Part shown: positions 19,943-28,856 of the stretch, one piece after another
Position numbering within the stretch: the stretch's first letter is position 1
Layout: each line of letters opens with the position of its first letter
Sequence record: PQ843332.1
Length of the DNA: 64,000 nt
Reading direction: 5' to 3' (one strand)
Source: Escherichia phage P-GXEC-L2P5
The notes under the pieces: generated by a model
The model's input: only the letters and a program-made list of their open reading frames with translations
Told to the model about the DNA's origin: nothing
Database searches by the model: none
Translations under genes and position numbers: made by a program

Positions 19943-20541
19943 TGTCGGCTTTTCCTTACGGCCGCGATGGCCGGTCCGATAAACTTCTTCATTTCGTCCG
20001 GGGTAAACCGGTCCCCGCGGGCTATGTTGCACTCTACGCAGCACGGCACGCAGTTATCTTTCGTATGGCCTACTGCGTTGTCGAGTCGGTCCGCGCCATT
20101 GTCGCCGGTGAATCCGCAGTATGCGCATGGTTGAGAAGTAAGGCGTAGCACGTCCTCGGTGGTTAGGTCGGTGGTTAGCCCCTTCCTTTCGTCCGCCTTA
20201 CGGTACTGAAAGAGCTTATAGTAAGCTCGGATCTCTGGTGTCCGGTGGTTGTACTCACGGCGGGACTTATTAGAGCACGACCTGCATTCTTTACGAATGT
20301 GTGACTGGCTTGCCCGGTTTCCGGGCCGGAAGTTTTCCGGCGTAAGCGGCTTGCGTTCCCCGCACTGACGGCACGTTACGATCTCCCCGGTATACTCTCG
20401 CCATACTTCGCGCGGCGGCGCTCCTCTTTCCTTATCACGTCTCTCTTTCTTATACGCCGCCATGCATTTGGCACACCACGACTGACCCTTGTTGAAAGCG
20501 GACTCATCTTTATCCGTATTACAACGCCCACAATGTTTCAT
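19939..20541 (-). CDS. HNH endonuclease with N-terminal zinc-ribbon repeats
   Basis: Repeated CxxC pairs; C-terminal CAYCG...DRLDN...H...CCVECN resembles HNH core; ATGA overlap with VRR-NUC gene. Confidence 0.5.
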   Translation of the reverse strand: MKHCGRCNTDKDESAFNKGQSWCAKCMAAYKKERRDKERGAPPREVWREYTGEIVTCRQCGERKPLTPENFRPGNRASQSHIRKECRSCSNKSRREYNHRTPEIRAYYKLFQYRKADERKGLTTDLTTEDVLRLTSQPCAYCGFTGDNGADRLDNAVGHTKDNCVPCCVECNIARGDRFTPDEMKKFIGPAIAAVRKSRQ

Positions 20542-20607
20542 ATACCCCCCGAAAAAGAAAACGCCAGACAATATTGCCTGACGTTTCCGCTAAAAGCAAC
20601 ATTTCCG

Positions 20608-23600
20608 CTACTTGCGGTATCGATACATACAATCGCCCTCTGCGGCAAGTGGGAAGCCTTTCGCCCAAATCGGCAGGTCGCACATCAGCGCGCAAAGTTC
20701 CTCGGTCGTGTAGTCGTCAGTGTCCGGCACTTCGGTGATCAATTCATCGTGCACTGACAGGACGATTTCATAGCCCGCAGCTTCAACGCCAGGCATGGAC
20801 CACGCGAGAATATCGCGACACAACGCTTGCACGATGTTCTCCGTAAGTTTGCCGCCGTAGGTGTACTGGAATCCCCACTGGCGCGTCGTCTGATTCTCGC
20901 CCTGATATTTGATGCGGGTACTGGTGCGCTTCTTGCCGGTGTCTTCGTCGATCTCGGTCGTGACAGACAGTGCGATGCCGGGGTAGCTCATGATGCGCCC
21001 CGACGGCAACTCAATTTTTAACCACCACCCCGCGGCGTTCGGGTCGTCGCGCTCCTCGTCAAAGGTTGGGTCGTGCTTCGCCTTCGTACGGACAATCTTG
21101 AGCGCTTTTCTACCGTCCGGGCGAACGTTCGCACCAGCCCAGTATGCTTTGCCCGGATTGCGGATTGCACACAACACCGCGTCCTCAAGCTCGGCCCAAA
21201 AGGCTACCGTCTTCGGGTGAGCCTCACGCCACATACGTTTGATCGCGTCACAAGTAAGCCATACGTTTTTCGGCAGTATGTAAGTCGGGCGCTCGTCCTT
21301 CTTGCCCGGCTTCGGTGGGCGTTTCGCTTCGTTAATGCGGGCGTACTCATAACCGCGCTTCGCCGCCGCCCAAATGTGATCCGGGAACGTGCCTTTCATC
21401 ACGTCCGCCATAGTGTAAAGGTCGAGTCCCAGGTTTTTAGCGAACTGCAAGAACGCCGCGACGCCGCCACCATAGCCCAGGCCAAGCTCGCAGTTATGCG
21501 CCACCAGAAAACCAGACTTAGACGCAATAAGGAACCGGTTTCCGTCTTCCACATCAATCAGGTCGTAAACCGGCTCGCAATAGGTTAACTTCCCGTTCCA
21601 GTTCAGCAATGCGGGTAAGGGCTTCATCGTACTTTCTCTGAAGCTCGGGCACGCTGCGCCGGTTACGGCAGTTTTCCGAACGGCTGACAAACCGAAGGTT
21701 TCCAGGCTCATAGTTGCCGTCTGTATCGATCCGGTCCATTTCGAAGTCGGGATTATCCCAGCCGTCCAGCGTTTGAACGTAGAGAAGAAACGACCTTTTA
21801 TCTCTCTTCCATTCGTCACATACGGCAATCCCACGACTGCCGTAGTTTTTATACCCTTTGGCGCGGGGGTTTGTCGTTCGTGATATTGCCGCTGACAGCC
21901 GGTTGAGCAGCCGCGTTCTGTGCGCATCGTCTGGCATTGCGTCATCGTAGCAAAAATACTGTTTACGATACCGCTTTGTCGCTTCAATTGCGCAGAGGTT
22001 GCATTGGGATGTTTTACCCCTTCGGACGTTGTCATACCCGACGCGTCCTGGCATCGCTCCGCAATCACATTGGGCCAGCAGTTGTCTGTGCCCCTGTCGT
22101 TTTGGTAATTCGCGCAGGATAACCAGGCGTCCATACCTCTCGCCAGGGCGCGGGCCATCGTGCACCTGTCTGAAACGAGTTGCCTTGCCTCCTTCCATGA
22201 ATGCGTCAAGATTTTGTGGTCTTCTGTCATCAAGACCCCGTCCACGTCTATCACTGGTTTCCACCCCATAAGGTGCGCGCCTTGTGTACTCACCCATTTT
22301 TCGCCGTTCCATACTTTATCCGTTGATGTTACGGCCATAATATCCTTGAACCCGCCATTGGTCAATACTTGGGTATGGCGGTGCAAGCAAGCCTTACCGA
22401 TCTGGCGTAAGTCCTTGCGGTTAGCTTTAATGTAATCCGGGTCCAGGCCGAACATTTTACCGGCAGTCTCGCAATAAATATCGCGACCGGCCTTAAACAC
22501 CATTAACGCGGTTTTCTCGCCAGCGACCCAGGCAAGGCCGCGCCCTTCCACGTTGGAGTAGTCCGCGACGACAAACTTCTTGCCCTTAGCCGGAATGATG
22601 CACCCGCGAACGGTCGAGGCGGTTAGCTTCGATATGTCATACGCCCAGTGCGCTGTCCCGCGTAACAGGGAGTTGATGCCGTTGGTGAGCATGTGCGACC
22701 GAACCCAAAACGAGACGTCGCTTTCACCCTCGCGGCGTTTAATCTTCCCTTCGTGGTCGTCGCTGTACTCGCCACGCGCCAGGTTTTGAGGTTGAAAGCC
22801 TTTACCGGCCCAGCGTAGCGTGCGCTTTGCCCCACCATACTGAAGACACCCACGGCGGCGACCATCTGCGGATAAGCCGTTAACTAGCGGATTGTACTTA
22901 GTCGATGCCGTTGATGACGCTCCGAGGCGCATTTCTATAAGCGCTTTGCCTTCGTCGGGGAAGTCCGGGTCTTCAAGCAGGTCGTTAAGTGTGGATTTCT
23001 GCGCGTTGTGGATTGTGAACGCCGGGGCGATATCACGCAGGATTGGCAGGAAGTCATTGCCTGTCAGTTTACCACCAAATCGCTCCCAGGCTTCTTCCTT
23101 CAATTCTTCCTTATGCGCCTGCACCGCTTTGATCGCGGCGTTCGCCAGGTCAACGTCGACGTAGAAGCCGCGGTCGTTAATCAACTGGTCGATGAGCAGG
23201 ATTTCATCTTCCTTAGGCGAGTTTCCCCAGTCCGGTATGCGCCAGTAGACTTCACGCATTGCGATAATATCCAGCGCGGCATAGCGCAGAAATTTGGCCC
23301 ATTCTTCCGGGTGAGTCTCGCGAGTGTAGCGGCGGATTTTGTAGGTCTTAGGGGTAGGCTTACAGAATCGGTTAATCAGCGCCTTGCCTGCCTTATCCTT
23401 CGCGTGCTCTGCGTCAACGCCCAGAACCTGGCACTGCATATCGAGGCTACCGGGCAGCGCGTGGCGAAAGGCCATAATCATAGTGTCTTCGATCTGGCTT
23501 ACCGGCAGGTCAATACCCCACTTCTCGCGGATAACCAGGCGGTCAAACAGGAGGCCGTTAGCCATCACTATTTTAGCCTTCTTGCGGGATACCCGGCGGA

Positions 23601-23796
23601 GCGCCTTGCGCAGTTCACGCGGCATTGTGGGGGATTCAGTGGCATCCCATGTCTGCACGCGGCCCTCGTCTATGGCGTAGGTGCAAATCATAATCTCTGT
23701 GGTTGGGTGCTCCGCGTAGGCGTACGCCCCAACTTTCTTCAGGTCCACCCCGCTAAATGTCTCGGTGTCGAGAAACAGGCGTTCGAAGTCTTTCAT
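20608..23796 (-). CDS. family A DNA polymerase with 3'-5' exonuclease domain, interrupted by an in-frame intein
   Basis: Intact 1062 aa ORF; exo motif FLDTETFSG; motif A VVADYSNVEGRG; motif B split as RQIGKA/intein/CELGLGYGG; motif C VHDEL. Confidence 0.85.
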   Translation of the reverse strand: MKDFERLFLDTETFSGVDLKKVGAYAYAEHPTTEIMICTYAIDEGRVQTWDATESPTMPRELRKALRRVSRKKAKIVMANGLLFDRLVIREKWGIDLPVSQIEDTMIMAFRHALPGSLDMQCQVLGVDAEHAKDKAGKALINRFCKPTPKTYKIRRYTRETHPEEWAKFLRYAALDIIAMREVYWRIPDWGNSPKEDEILLIDQLINDRGFYVDVDLANAAIKAVQAHKEELKEEAWERFGGKLTGNDFLPILRDIAPAFTIHNAQKSTLNDLLEDPDFPDEGKALIEMRLGASSTASTKYNPLVNGLSADGRRRGCLQYGGAKRTLRWAGKGFQPQNLARGEYSDDHEGKIKRREGESDVSFWVRSHMLTNGINSLLRGTAHWAYDISKLTASTVRGCIIPAKGKKFVVADYSNVEGRGLAWVAGEKTALMVFKAGRDIYCETAGKMFGLDPDYIKANRKDLRQIGKACLHRHTQVLTNGGFKDIMAVTSTDKVWNGEKWVSTQGAHLMGWKPVIDVDGVLMTEDHKILTHSWKEARQLVSDRCTMARALARGMDAWLSCANYQNDRGTDNCWPNVIAERCQDASGMTTSEGVKHPNATSAQLKRQSGIVNSIFATMTQCQTMRTERGCSTGCQRQYHERQTPAPKGIKTTAVVGLPYVTNGREIKGRFFSTFKRWTAGIIPTSKWTGSIQTATMSLETFGLSAVRKTAVTGAACPSFRESTMKPLPALLNWNGKLTYCEPVYDLIDVEDGNRFLIASKSGFLVAHNCELGLGYGGGVAAFLQFAKNLGLDLYTMADVMKGTFPDHIWAAAKRGYEYARINEAKRPPKPGKKDERPTYILPKNVWLTCDAIKRMWREAHPKTVAFWAELEDAVLCAIRNPGKAYWAGANVRPDGRKALKIVRTKAKHDPTFDEERDDPNAAGWWLKIELPSGRIMSYPGIALSVTTEIDEDTGKKRTSTRIKYQGENQTTRQWGFQYTYGGKLTENIVQALCRDILAWSMPGVEAAGYEIVLSVHDELITEVPDTDDYTTEELCALMCDLPIWAKGFPLAAEGDCMYRYRK
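21493..22389 (-). mobile_element. intein (299 codons) inserted in polymerase motif B
   Basis: Block A CLHRHTQVLTNGG, block B DGVLMTEDHKILT, block F/G VYDLIDVEDGNRFLIASKSGFLVAHN followed by +1 Cys; removal restores RQIGKACELGLGYGG. Confidence 0.7.
21554..22198 (-). CDS. HNH homing endonuclease encoded in an alternate frame inside the intein
   Basis: ORF 21554-22312 in a different frame from the polymerase; GERYGRLVIL...QCDCG...GKTSQCNLC and GYKNYGSRGIAVCDEW...DRIDTDGNYEPGNLRFVSRSENCRNRR match the common phage HNH family; ATG at 22198. Confidence 0.6.
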   Translation of the reverse strand: MEGGKATRFRQVHDGPRPGERYGRLVILRELPKRQGHRQLLAQCDCGAMPGRVGYDNVRRGKTSQCNLCAIEATKRYRKQYFCYDDAMPDDAHRTRLLNRLSAAISRTTNPRAKGYKNYGSRGIAVCDEWKRDKRSFLLYVQTLDGWDNPDFEMDRIDTDGNYEPGNLRFVSRSENCRNRRSVPELQRKYDEALTRIAELEREVNLLRAGLRPD

Positions 23797-23963
23797 TGCT
23801 TTATCCTCACTACGGCGTCAGCGCTGCCGATCATGGAGAAGATGCCGTCGGACAGGGCGATCTCTTCGCCGTTGTTGCGAATCTCGGCAACTGTGAAATA
23901 TTCCCCCAGTAGCTTGGACCATACTTGCATTCCGACTTTTACTTCGCTGGCTTTAATACGCAT
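23793..23963 (-). CDS. hypothetical small protein (56 aa)
   Basis: ORF MRIKASEVKVGMQVW...; stop overlaps polymerase start (ATGA). Confidence 0.3.
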   Translation of the reverse strand: MRIKASEVKVGMQVWSKLLGEYFTVAEIRNNGEEIALSDGIFSMIGSADAVVRIKQ

Positions 23964-23978
23964 TTTTCATTGTCCTGT

Positions 23979-24002
23979 TAAAAAGCCCGCATTAAGCGGG
24001 CT
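23979..24002 (-). terminator. rho-independent terminator on minus strand (aagcccgc-ttaat-gcgggctt + ttttta); the unit is triplicated to about 24215
   Basis: Perfect 8-bp stem seen directly; T-run on minus strand. Confidence 0.55.
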
Positions 24003-24175
24003 TGAATAGTGGGCTTTGCCCTTAACGGCGGCGACGGTTACGTGGTGCTTCGTCTTAAAAAGCCCGCATTAAGCGGGCTTGAATAGTGGGCTTTGCCCTT
24101 AACGGCGGCGACGTTTACGTGGTGCTTCGTCTTCGTCGTCGTCCATTAAGCGGGCTTGAATAGTGGGCTTTGCCC

Positions 24176-24850
24176 TTAACGGCGGCGACGTTTACGTGGC
24201 GCTTCGTCTTCGTCGTCGTCTTCGTCATCGTCATCACGACGTTTTGACTTTTTGGACTTACGCGGGCTTTCATCTTCGTCATCGTCGCCCAGGTCTTCGT
24301 CGGAACATGAAGACCCGCCACCGCCGAAGGCTTCGCCGTCATCACGGAAGCGCATACCCAGCAGACCACAGCCTAAGCCTTTGCCGTTGGTATTGTTCCA
24401 GGCCCAAATATCTAAGGAAACGTTGCAATAGCAACCGGAATAGATTTCCTTCCCTTCGATTTCGTCGCCGTCGATGGTCAGACCCTGCTCCGTCTGCTTC
24501 TCGCCTTCGGAAGTCTGGATGATCGGCTGTTTGAACGATTTGGCGTTGATGTACAACATGCCTTCGAATTCTTCGGTTACTTCGTCGCGCTCGTCACCGT
24601 CGCGAACTGCGCATTCCTTAGAATCCTGGGCGTAGTGGCGGTCCATCCACTTATCGGCATTCTTCTCGGATTTCAGCTTGTCGGTGAGCACTGCGCGCGC
24701 TGCCGCTTCCACTTTGTCCACCTGCGGATCTTCTTTATCAAGAAGAATCACGGCGCGGTATGCCGGTTTTTGTCCATCCTGTTTAGGGGTATCACGTTCC
24801 CAAATTTTAAGGAAACATACACGCACATTTTTCAGGTTGACTTTAGCCAT
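24176..24850 (-). CDS. single-stranded DNA-binding protein candidate, DUF2815-like with acidic C-terminal tail
   Basis: MAKVNLKNVRVCFLKIWE...IYSGCYCNVSLDIWAWN...GKGLGCGLLGMRFRDDGEAFGG followed by D/E-rich tail; GAGGAA RBS; C-terminus affected by the triplicated unit. Confidence 0.5.
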   Translation of the reverse strand: MAKVNLKNVRVCFLKIWERDTPKQDGQKPAYRAVILLDKEDPQVDKVEAAARAVLTDKLKSEKNADKWMDRHYAQDSKECAVRDGDERDEVTEEFEGMLYINAKSFKQPIIQTSEGEKQTEQGLTIDGDEIEGKEIYSGCYCNVSLDIWAWNNTNGKGLGCGLLGMRFRDDGEAFGGGGSSCSDEDLGDDDEDESPRKSKKSKRRDDDDEDDDEDEAPRKRRRR

Positions 24851-25017
24851 TTTCCAATTCCTCATTTTCACATGTATCGGGGTTATTGGAAGCCACCCCG
24901 TTCGGCTTGGTTGCTAATTTACTCCATTTTCCAATTCCTCATTTTCACATGTATCGGGGTTATTGGAAGCCACCCCGTTCGGCTTGGTTGCTAATTTACT
25001 TGGTTGCGCCTGAGCGG

Positions 25018-25260
25018 TCAAGCATTTTCATTAAAAAGATTTCGGGTAACGTAGTTGGTCGCGTTCTCGATCCAGCTTAACGGCGGGCGGTTGATGTTCT
25101 TCTCCACCCAATCGACGGCAGCTTCGCTATAGCCGTCATCCAGCCAGCGGGTCGGATGTCTAATCATCCATGCCACCATTAACACGCCTTGCACACAATG
25201 CAGGATAAAGCCCAGCGCGCCGATAACAAACATCAATAAGATTGCGAATACTTTATTCAT
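25018..25260 (-). CDS. small membrane protein, hypothetical
   Basis: 80 aa with one clear transmembrane helix (AILLMFVIGALGFIL). Confidence 0.4.
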   Translation of the reverse strand: MNKVFAILLMFVIGALGFILHCVQGVLMVAWMIRHPTRWLDDGYSEAAVDWVEKNINRPPLSWIENATNYVTRNLFNENA

Positions 25261-26760
25261 TGCTTAAGTCCTCGTCAGTAGCTACAGACCACGCAGGGCG
25301 CGGGTCGTCGATGGGTGCTAATACCGGTTTAGCTGGTGCGCGCGTGATTTTATCACACAGCTTCGCCCATACTTTCGGCTTCTCGTCCTTCAATACCTTC
25401 TCGGCATCAGTAGGGCTGAGTAATGTTTCTTTGTACATCACATCGCGCTTGATCCGGGCCTTCGTGAAGATTTCAATCACTTCGCTTTCGTCCGCCCACT
25501 TGCGAATCCCTTCCTTACCTGCAACCATCTTGAGGCCCAGCGATTCGCCGTCGCCCGCCATCACAGCCTTGAATACCGCGGACTCGATAGCCTTGATGTG
25601 CTGGCGCATTGCGTCCAGGCCTTCATAAGCCTTGCGCAGTTCCGCGGCGGTCATAGCGCCGGGGGCCGCTTCTTTCTTGCCACGCTTCGCACGTCGTGCC
25701 GCTTTGCGGGCTTCGCGGGCCATATTGCGGTCGTGATTGGCGCATTCTTCCTCTGTCGCAATACTCACGTCGTCGCCCAGGTCTTCGTCTGTTGCCGTTG
25801 GTGGGGTCATCGTGCCGATTGCAGCCTTAGCGCGGGCGCTACACTGATCCGCAAATCTGCACCACTGACACGCATCAACGCTCGGTCGGAAGTCGGCGCG
25901 GGTGAGTCCCTTTTTTCCGCGGGAGTACGCTTCCAGGGCGGCGATAGCACGCTTGGACGCAAACTTAGCGAATATCTCCAGGGCTTCTACCGAAATATCC
26001 CACTCCGACGCCCCGCCGCAATACGGCTGGAAGATAACAAGGCGCACGGTTGTAATGTCGTACATAGTTTTCAGCTTGCGCAGCAAGCCCAGCGCATACA
26101 ACATAAGCTGTTTGTTTTCTTTCGCCTCGACCTTATGCCGCCCCGTCTTCAGGTCGCCAACAATCAGCATGTACGTGCCGTCGGTCTTCTTCATGACCAT
26201 GACCATATCGGCAGTACCGAACGTCTTAACCCGGTTGCCGTCGATCTCGAAGCCTGAGTGAAGGACGCGGGTCAGATCGGCGCGCATCTCAAGCTGAACA
26301 AACTCCGCCACTTCGAGGAGCGGTCGCCAGTGGTCGATGTACGCGTCGCACTGTTTCACCATGTCGTCGTTGACCAATACGCCGCCTTTCGGTGCTTTAG
26401 GGTGTGCCTTTCGATGTACGCGTCGCACTGTTTCACCATGTCGTCGTTGACCAGTACGCCGCCTTTCGGTGCTTTCGGGTGGGCCTTTACCGGCCCCTTA
26501 CCTTCGTTCTCTACGTAGCACCCTTTGTACGTCTTAGCGGTTATCAGCTTCTCCCCGGCAATGATGCGGTTTAGCACCACTTCAGATACGGTGTGCATAC
26601 TCGTACCGTTAATCGCCGCTTGCCCGGATTCGTTCGGGATATCTTTTTCCACCACCAGGGCGGCGGGACACCCCATCCATTTTTTAGCACCGGATGGGCC
26701 AAGTAATGAGTGTTCTGTATTGCTACCGGATTGCGTTTTACGTTTTGGTTTAATCGCCAT
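25253..26760 (-). CDS. PD-(D/E)xK exonuclease, DUF2800/Cas4-like (frame broken by duplication near 26340-26480)
   Basis: N-terminal HSLLGPSGAKKWMGCPAAL; Cys cluster C-x-W-C-R-F...C; ORFs 26356-26760 and 25253-26428 are contiguous. Confidence 0.6.
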
Positions 26761-26845
26761 TATTCCACCCGTGTAAACTGGACAATTACATATTTCACAT
26801 TACCGGATTGCGTTTTACGTTTTGGTTTAATCGCCATTATTCCAC

Positions 26846-27022
26846 CCGTGTAAACTGGACAATTACATATTTCACATTCGCCAAGCCCGCTTTTTCGACA
26901 CGGCTGCGCACTTCATGCTGCGCATCGGTCCAGCACATCGAGGCGTCCTTGTTAACAACAAGAAAAGAGAAATGGTCGTTTAATTCGTGGCAAGTTGCCA
27001 GCACGAAAAATTTCATTATTTT
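26846..27022 (-). CDS. hypothetical small protein
   Basis: 58 aa ORF; stop overlaps the DUF2800-like start. Confidence 0.3.
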
Positions 27023-27267
27023 GTCTCCCAGCGGTCAATTGTTTTTGCTTCGGATGCAACGGCGAAGCGAACATATTCCAGATTGGAGTCAGCCCAAATA
27101 TAAAAATCGGGGTTAGTAAAGGTGGTGCGCTTAATTTGCGCGGGGGTGTTGCGGCGTTTATCTATTACGGCAACGCGGGATTGAAAGCTGCCGATGCGTT
27201 CGAATAGCCAATAGTACGGGCGCTGGTCGCGGGAATCCACCGCCTCGATTAGCGTGAATCGTGCCAT
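27016..27267 (-). CDS. hypothetical protein
   Basis: 83 aa ORF in operon context; no recognised motif. Confidence 0.35.
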   Translation of the reverse strand: MARFTLIEAVDSRDQRPYYWLFERIGSFQSRVAVIDKRRNTPAQIKRTTFTNPDFYIWADSNLEYVRFAVASEAKTIDRWETK

Positions 27268-27276
27268 TGTCTCGTC

Positions 27277-27306
27277 CTCTAAAAAGAGGCCCGCTAATAT
27301 GCGGGC
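27277..27306 (-). terminator. hairpin ggcccgc-atatta-gcgggcc followed by T-rich run on minus strand
   Basis: Perfect 7-bp stem seen directly. Confidence 0.45.
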
Positions 27307-27445
27307 CGGATAATATTAATCTTCACCGCCGAGTTGTTTATAAACCTCGTCCGGGTCGTCGCCTCTTTCTTCGCAGAAGGCGGTGAATGCCGCCCAATTT
27401 TCTGCTATGAAATCGAGCATGATTCTCATTTCATAGTCCATGATA

Positions 27446-28040
27446 TTAATCTTCCAGTTCGAAATAAGTTTCGACGATTTCTTTTAGCTCTTTGTGGAAG
27501 TCTTCGACGTCGTCATCTTCCAGCTTAGCGATTGATTTGATCTCGAACGATTCCAGAAGGTCGTCGAATTCGTCGTTCGCATCGTCGTCATCGCCACCGG
27601 CGATAATCGCGGCATACTGTTTGATTTCGTCGCGCATCTCCGCCAGCGGATCGGCATCTTTCTTACCTTTGCCTTTCGCCGGTGCTTTCTTAGACTTAGC
27701 CGGTTTTTCGTCTTCGGCATCGGCATCGTCGTCGTCATCTTCTACGACTTCTTTTTTGGCCTTACCTTTCGCCGGTGCTTTTTTGGTTTTCGCCGGTGCT
27801 TCGTCTTCAGCGTCGTCATCTTCTACGACTTCTTTTTTTTACCTTTCGCCGGTGCTTTTTTGGTTTTCGCCGGGGCTTCGTCTTCAGCGTCGTCATCTTC
27901 TACGACTTCTTTTTTGGCCTTAGACGGCTTCTTGTCTTCCTGTTTACCAACGGCAGCGCCAACGGTTTCATAATGCTTAGCGATGATTTCCAGTGCTACT
28001 ACGCCGCGAGTGATCAGGTTTACGATTTGCTCAAACATGG
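27446..28040 (-). CDS. highly acidic protein with Lys-rich repeats (frame broken by duplication near 27740-27880)
   Basis: MFEQIVNLITRGVVALEIIAKHYE... then repeated AKKEVVEDDD / PAKTKKAPAKGKK blocks and a D/E-rich C-terminus; GGAGA RBS; first gene of the minus-strand operon. Confidence 0.45.
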
Positions 28041-28065
28041 TATATCTCCGATTGGTTAAGTTTAG

Positions 28066-28516
28066 GTGTCGACCATTAACTTCGTCGGTGGCCTTAACAT
28101 AGTGCCAGGTTACGCGTTCTCCCTTTCGGGTAGTGGACCTGGTTATATAATCACGGTTGGGAATCCTGACACTTCGATCCGGCCCCTGCGTTGCCCCTCT
28201 CCAGTTTGCGTCCTGCATCCTGTCGACGAGGTGAATATTAGATTGGTTGCAGAAGGGAGTCAACAACTAATTTCAAAAAAAAAGCGCCGAAGCAAAATGC
28301 GACGGCGCTAACCAATAAGAGACAATGAGACGGGAGTATTATTACACGCGTGCGCGCCCGTTTCAATATTCCAAAGGAGTTGACACCACCAATAAGAGAC
28401 AATGAGACGGGAGTATTATTACACGCGTGCGCGCCCGTTTCAATATCCCAAAGGAGTTGACACCCTGCGGTTTTAGGTGTAGTTTCATTGGTCATTAACC
28501 AACCGGAGACAGAATA
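28066..28516. promoter_or_regulatory. divergent intergenic control region between minus-strand replication operon and plus-strand regulator/primase operon
   Basis: About 450 bp without a convincing ORF; TTGACA (28453-28458), 17-bp spacer, TAGTTT upstream of ATG 28517; AGATTGGTTGCA at 28240-28251; minus-strand hairpin plus T9 at about 28272-28305; internal 77-bp duplication. Confidence 0.5.
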
Positions 28517-28846
28517 ATGAATATCAACGACGCAATCGAAATGCTAACGAAGACTGTCTGCAGTGAGACTAGCCGGTCCTGGGCGTATACCGATGCCGTG
28601 GGGGCGGTGCTATTTGAAATCGAACGTCTGCGACTTACCGAAAAAGAATTGCGCGCCAGGCTGGAATTACTCAACGGTACGGCAGCCAGCAAGCTGCAAA
28701 AGCACAATGAAGAAATGGAAGAATACAAAAAACAGGTTATCCGTCTACGTGAGGAAGGTAAATCCTGGGCTATGATCGCCGAGCTAACCGGAATCAACCA
28801 GAGCACCGTGCGCTCCTGGGTACGCAATAATAAAACTTCGAAGTAA
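28517..28846 (+). CDS. HTH DNA-binding protein, putative transcriptional regulator
   Basis: 109 aa; C-terminal GKSWAMIAELTGINQSTVRSWVRNN helix-turn-helix; coiled-coil middle. Confidence 0.5.
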   Translation: MNINDAIEMLTKTVCSETSRSWAYTDAVGAVLFEIERLRLTEKELRARLELLNGTAASKLQKHNEEMEEYKKQVIRLREEGKSWAMIAELTGINQSTVRSWVRNNKTSK

Positions 28847-28856
28847 GGCAACGGCA

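Noticed and set aside
21554-22312. N-terminal 38 codons of the HNH ORF as called by the ORF track (MERRKMGEYTRRAPYGVETSDRRG...)
   Set aside because: This segment is the out-of-frame reading of intein block B; the HNH-family similarity begins after the ATG at 22198, so the shorter start is used.
24163-24522. 119 aa Arg-rich plus-strand ORF
   Set aside because: Exact antisense of the acidic C-terminal tail of the SSB-like gene; composition is the mirror image of the Asp/Glu codons.
27492-27923. 143 aa Ser-rich plus-strand ORF
   Set aside because: Antisense of the acidic/Lys-repeat gene 27446-28040; low complexity; no start context.
12928-28040. Integrase, excisionase or attachment sites that would mark a temperate prophage
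   Set aside because: No tyrosine or serine recombinase motifs and no CI/Cro-like pair found in any frame; the only regulator-like genes are a single HTH protein and the HTH-phosphoesterase, so lysogeny genes are not supported.
28066-28311. 81 aa plus-strand ORF in the divergent control region, and a possible tRNA in the same stretch
   Set aside because: No RBS and it ends in a poly-Lys/Arg run produced by the A9 tract; the tRNA idea fails because no acceptor or T-arm pairing can be drawn around the TTCGATCC-like segment.
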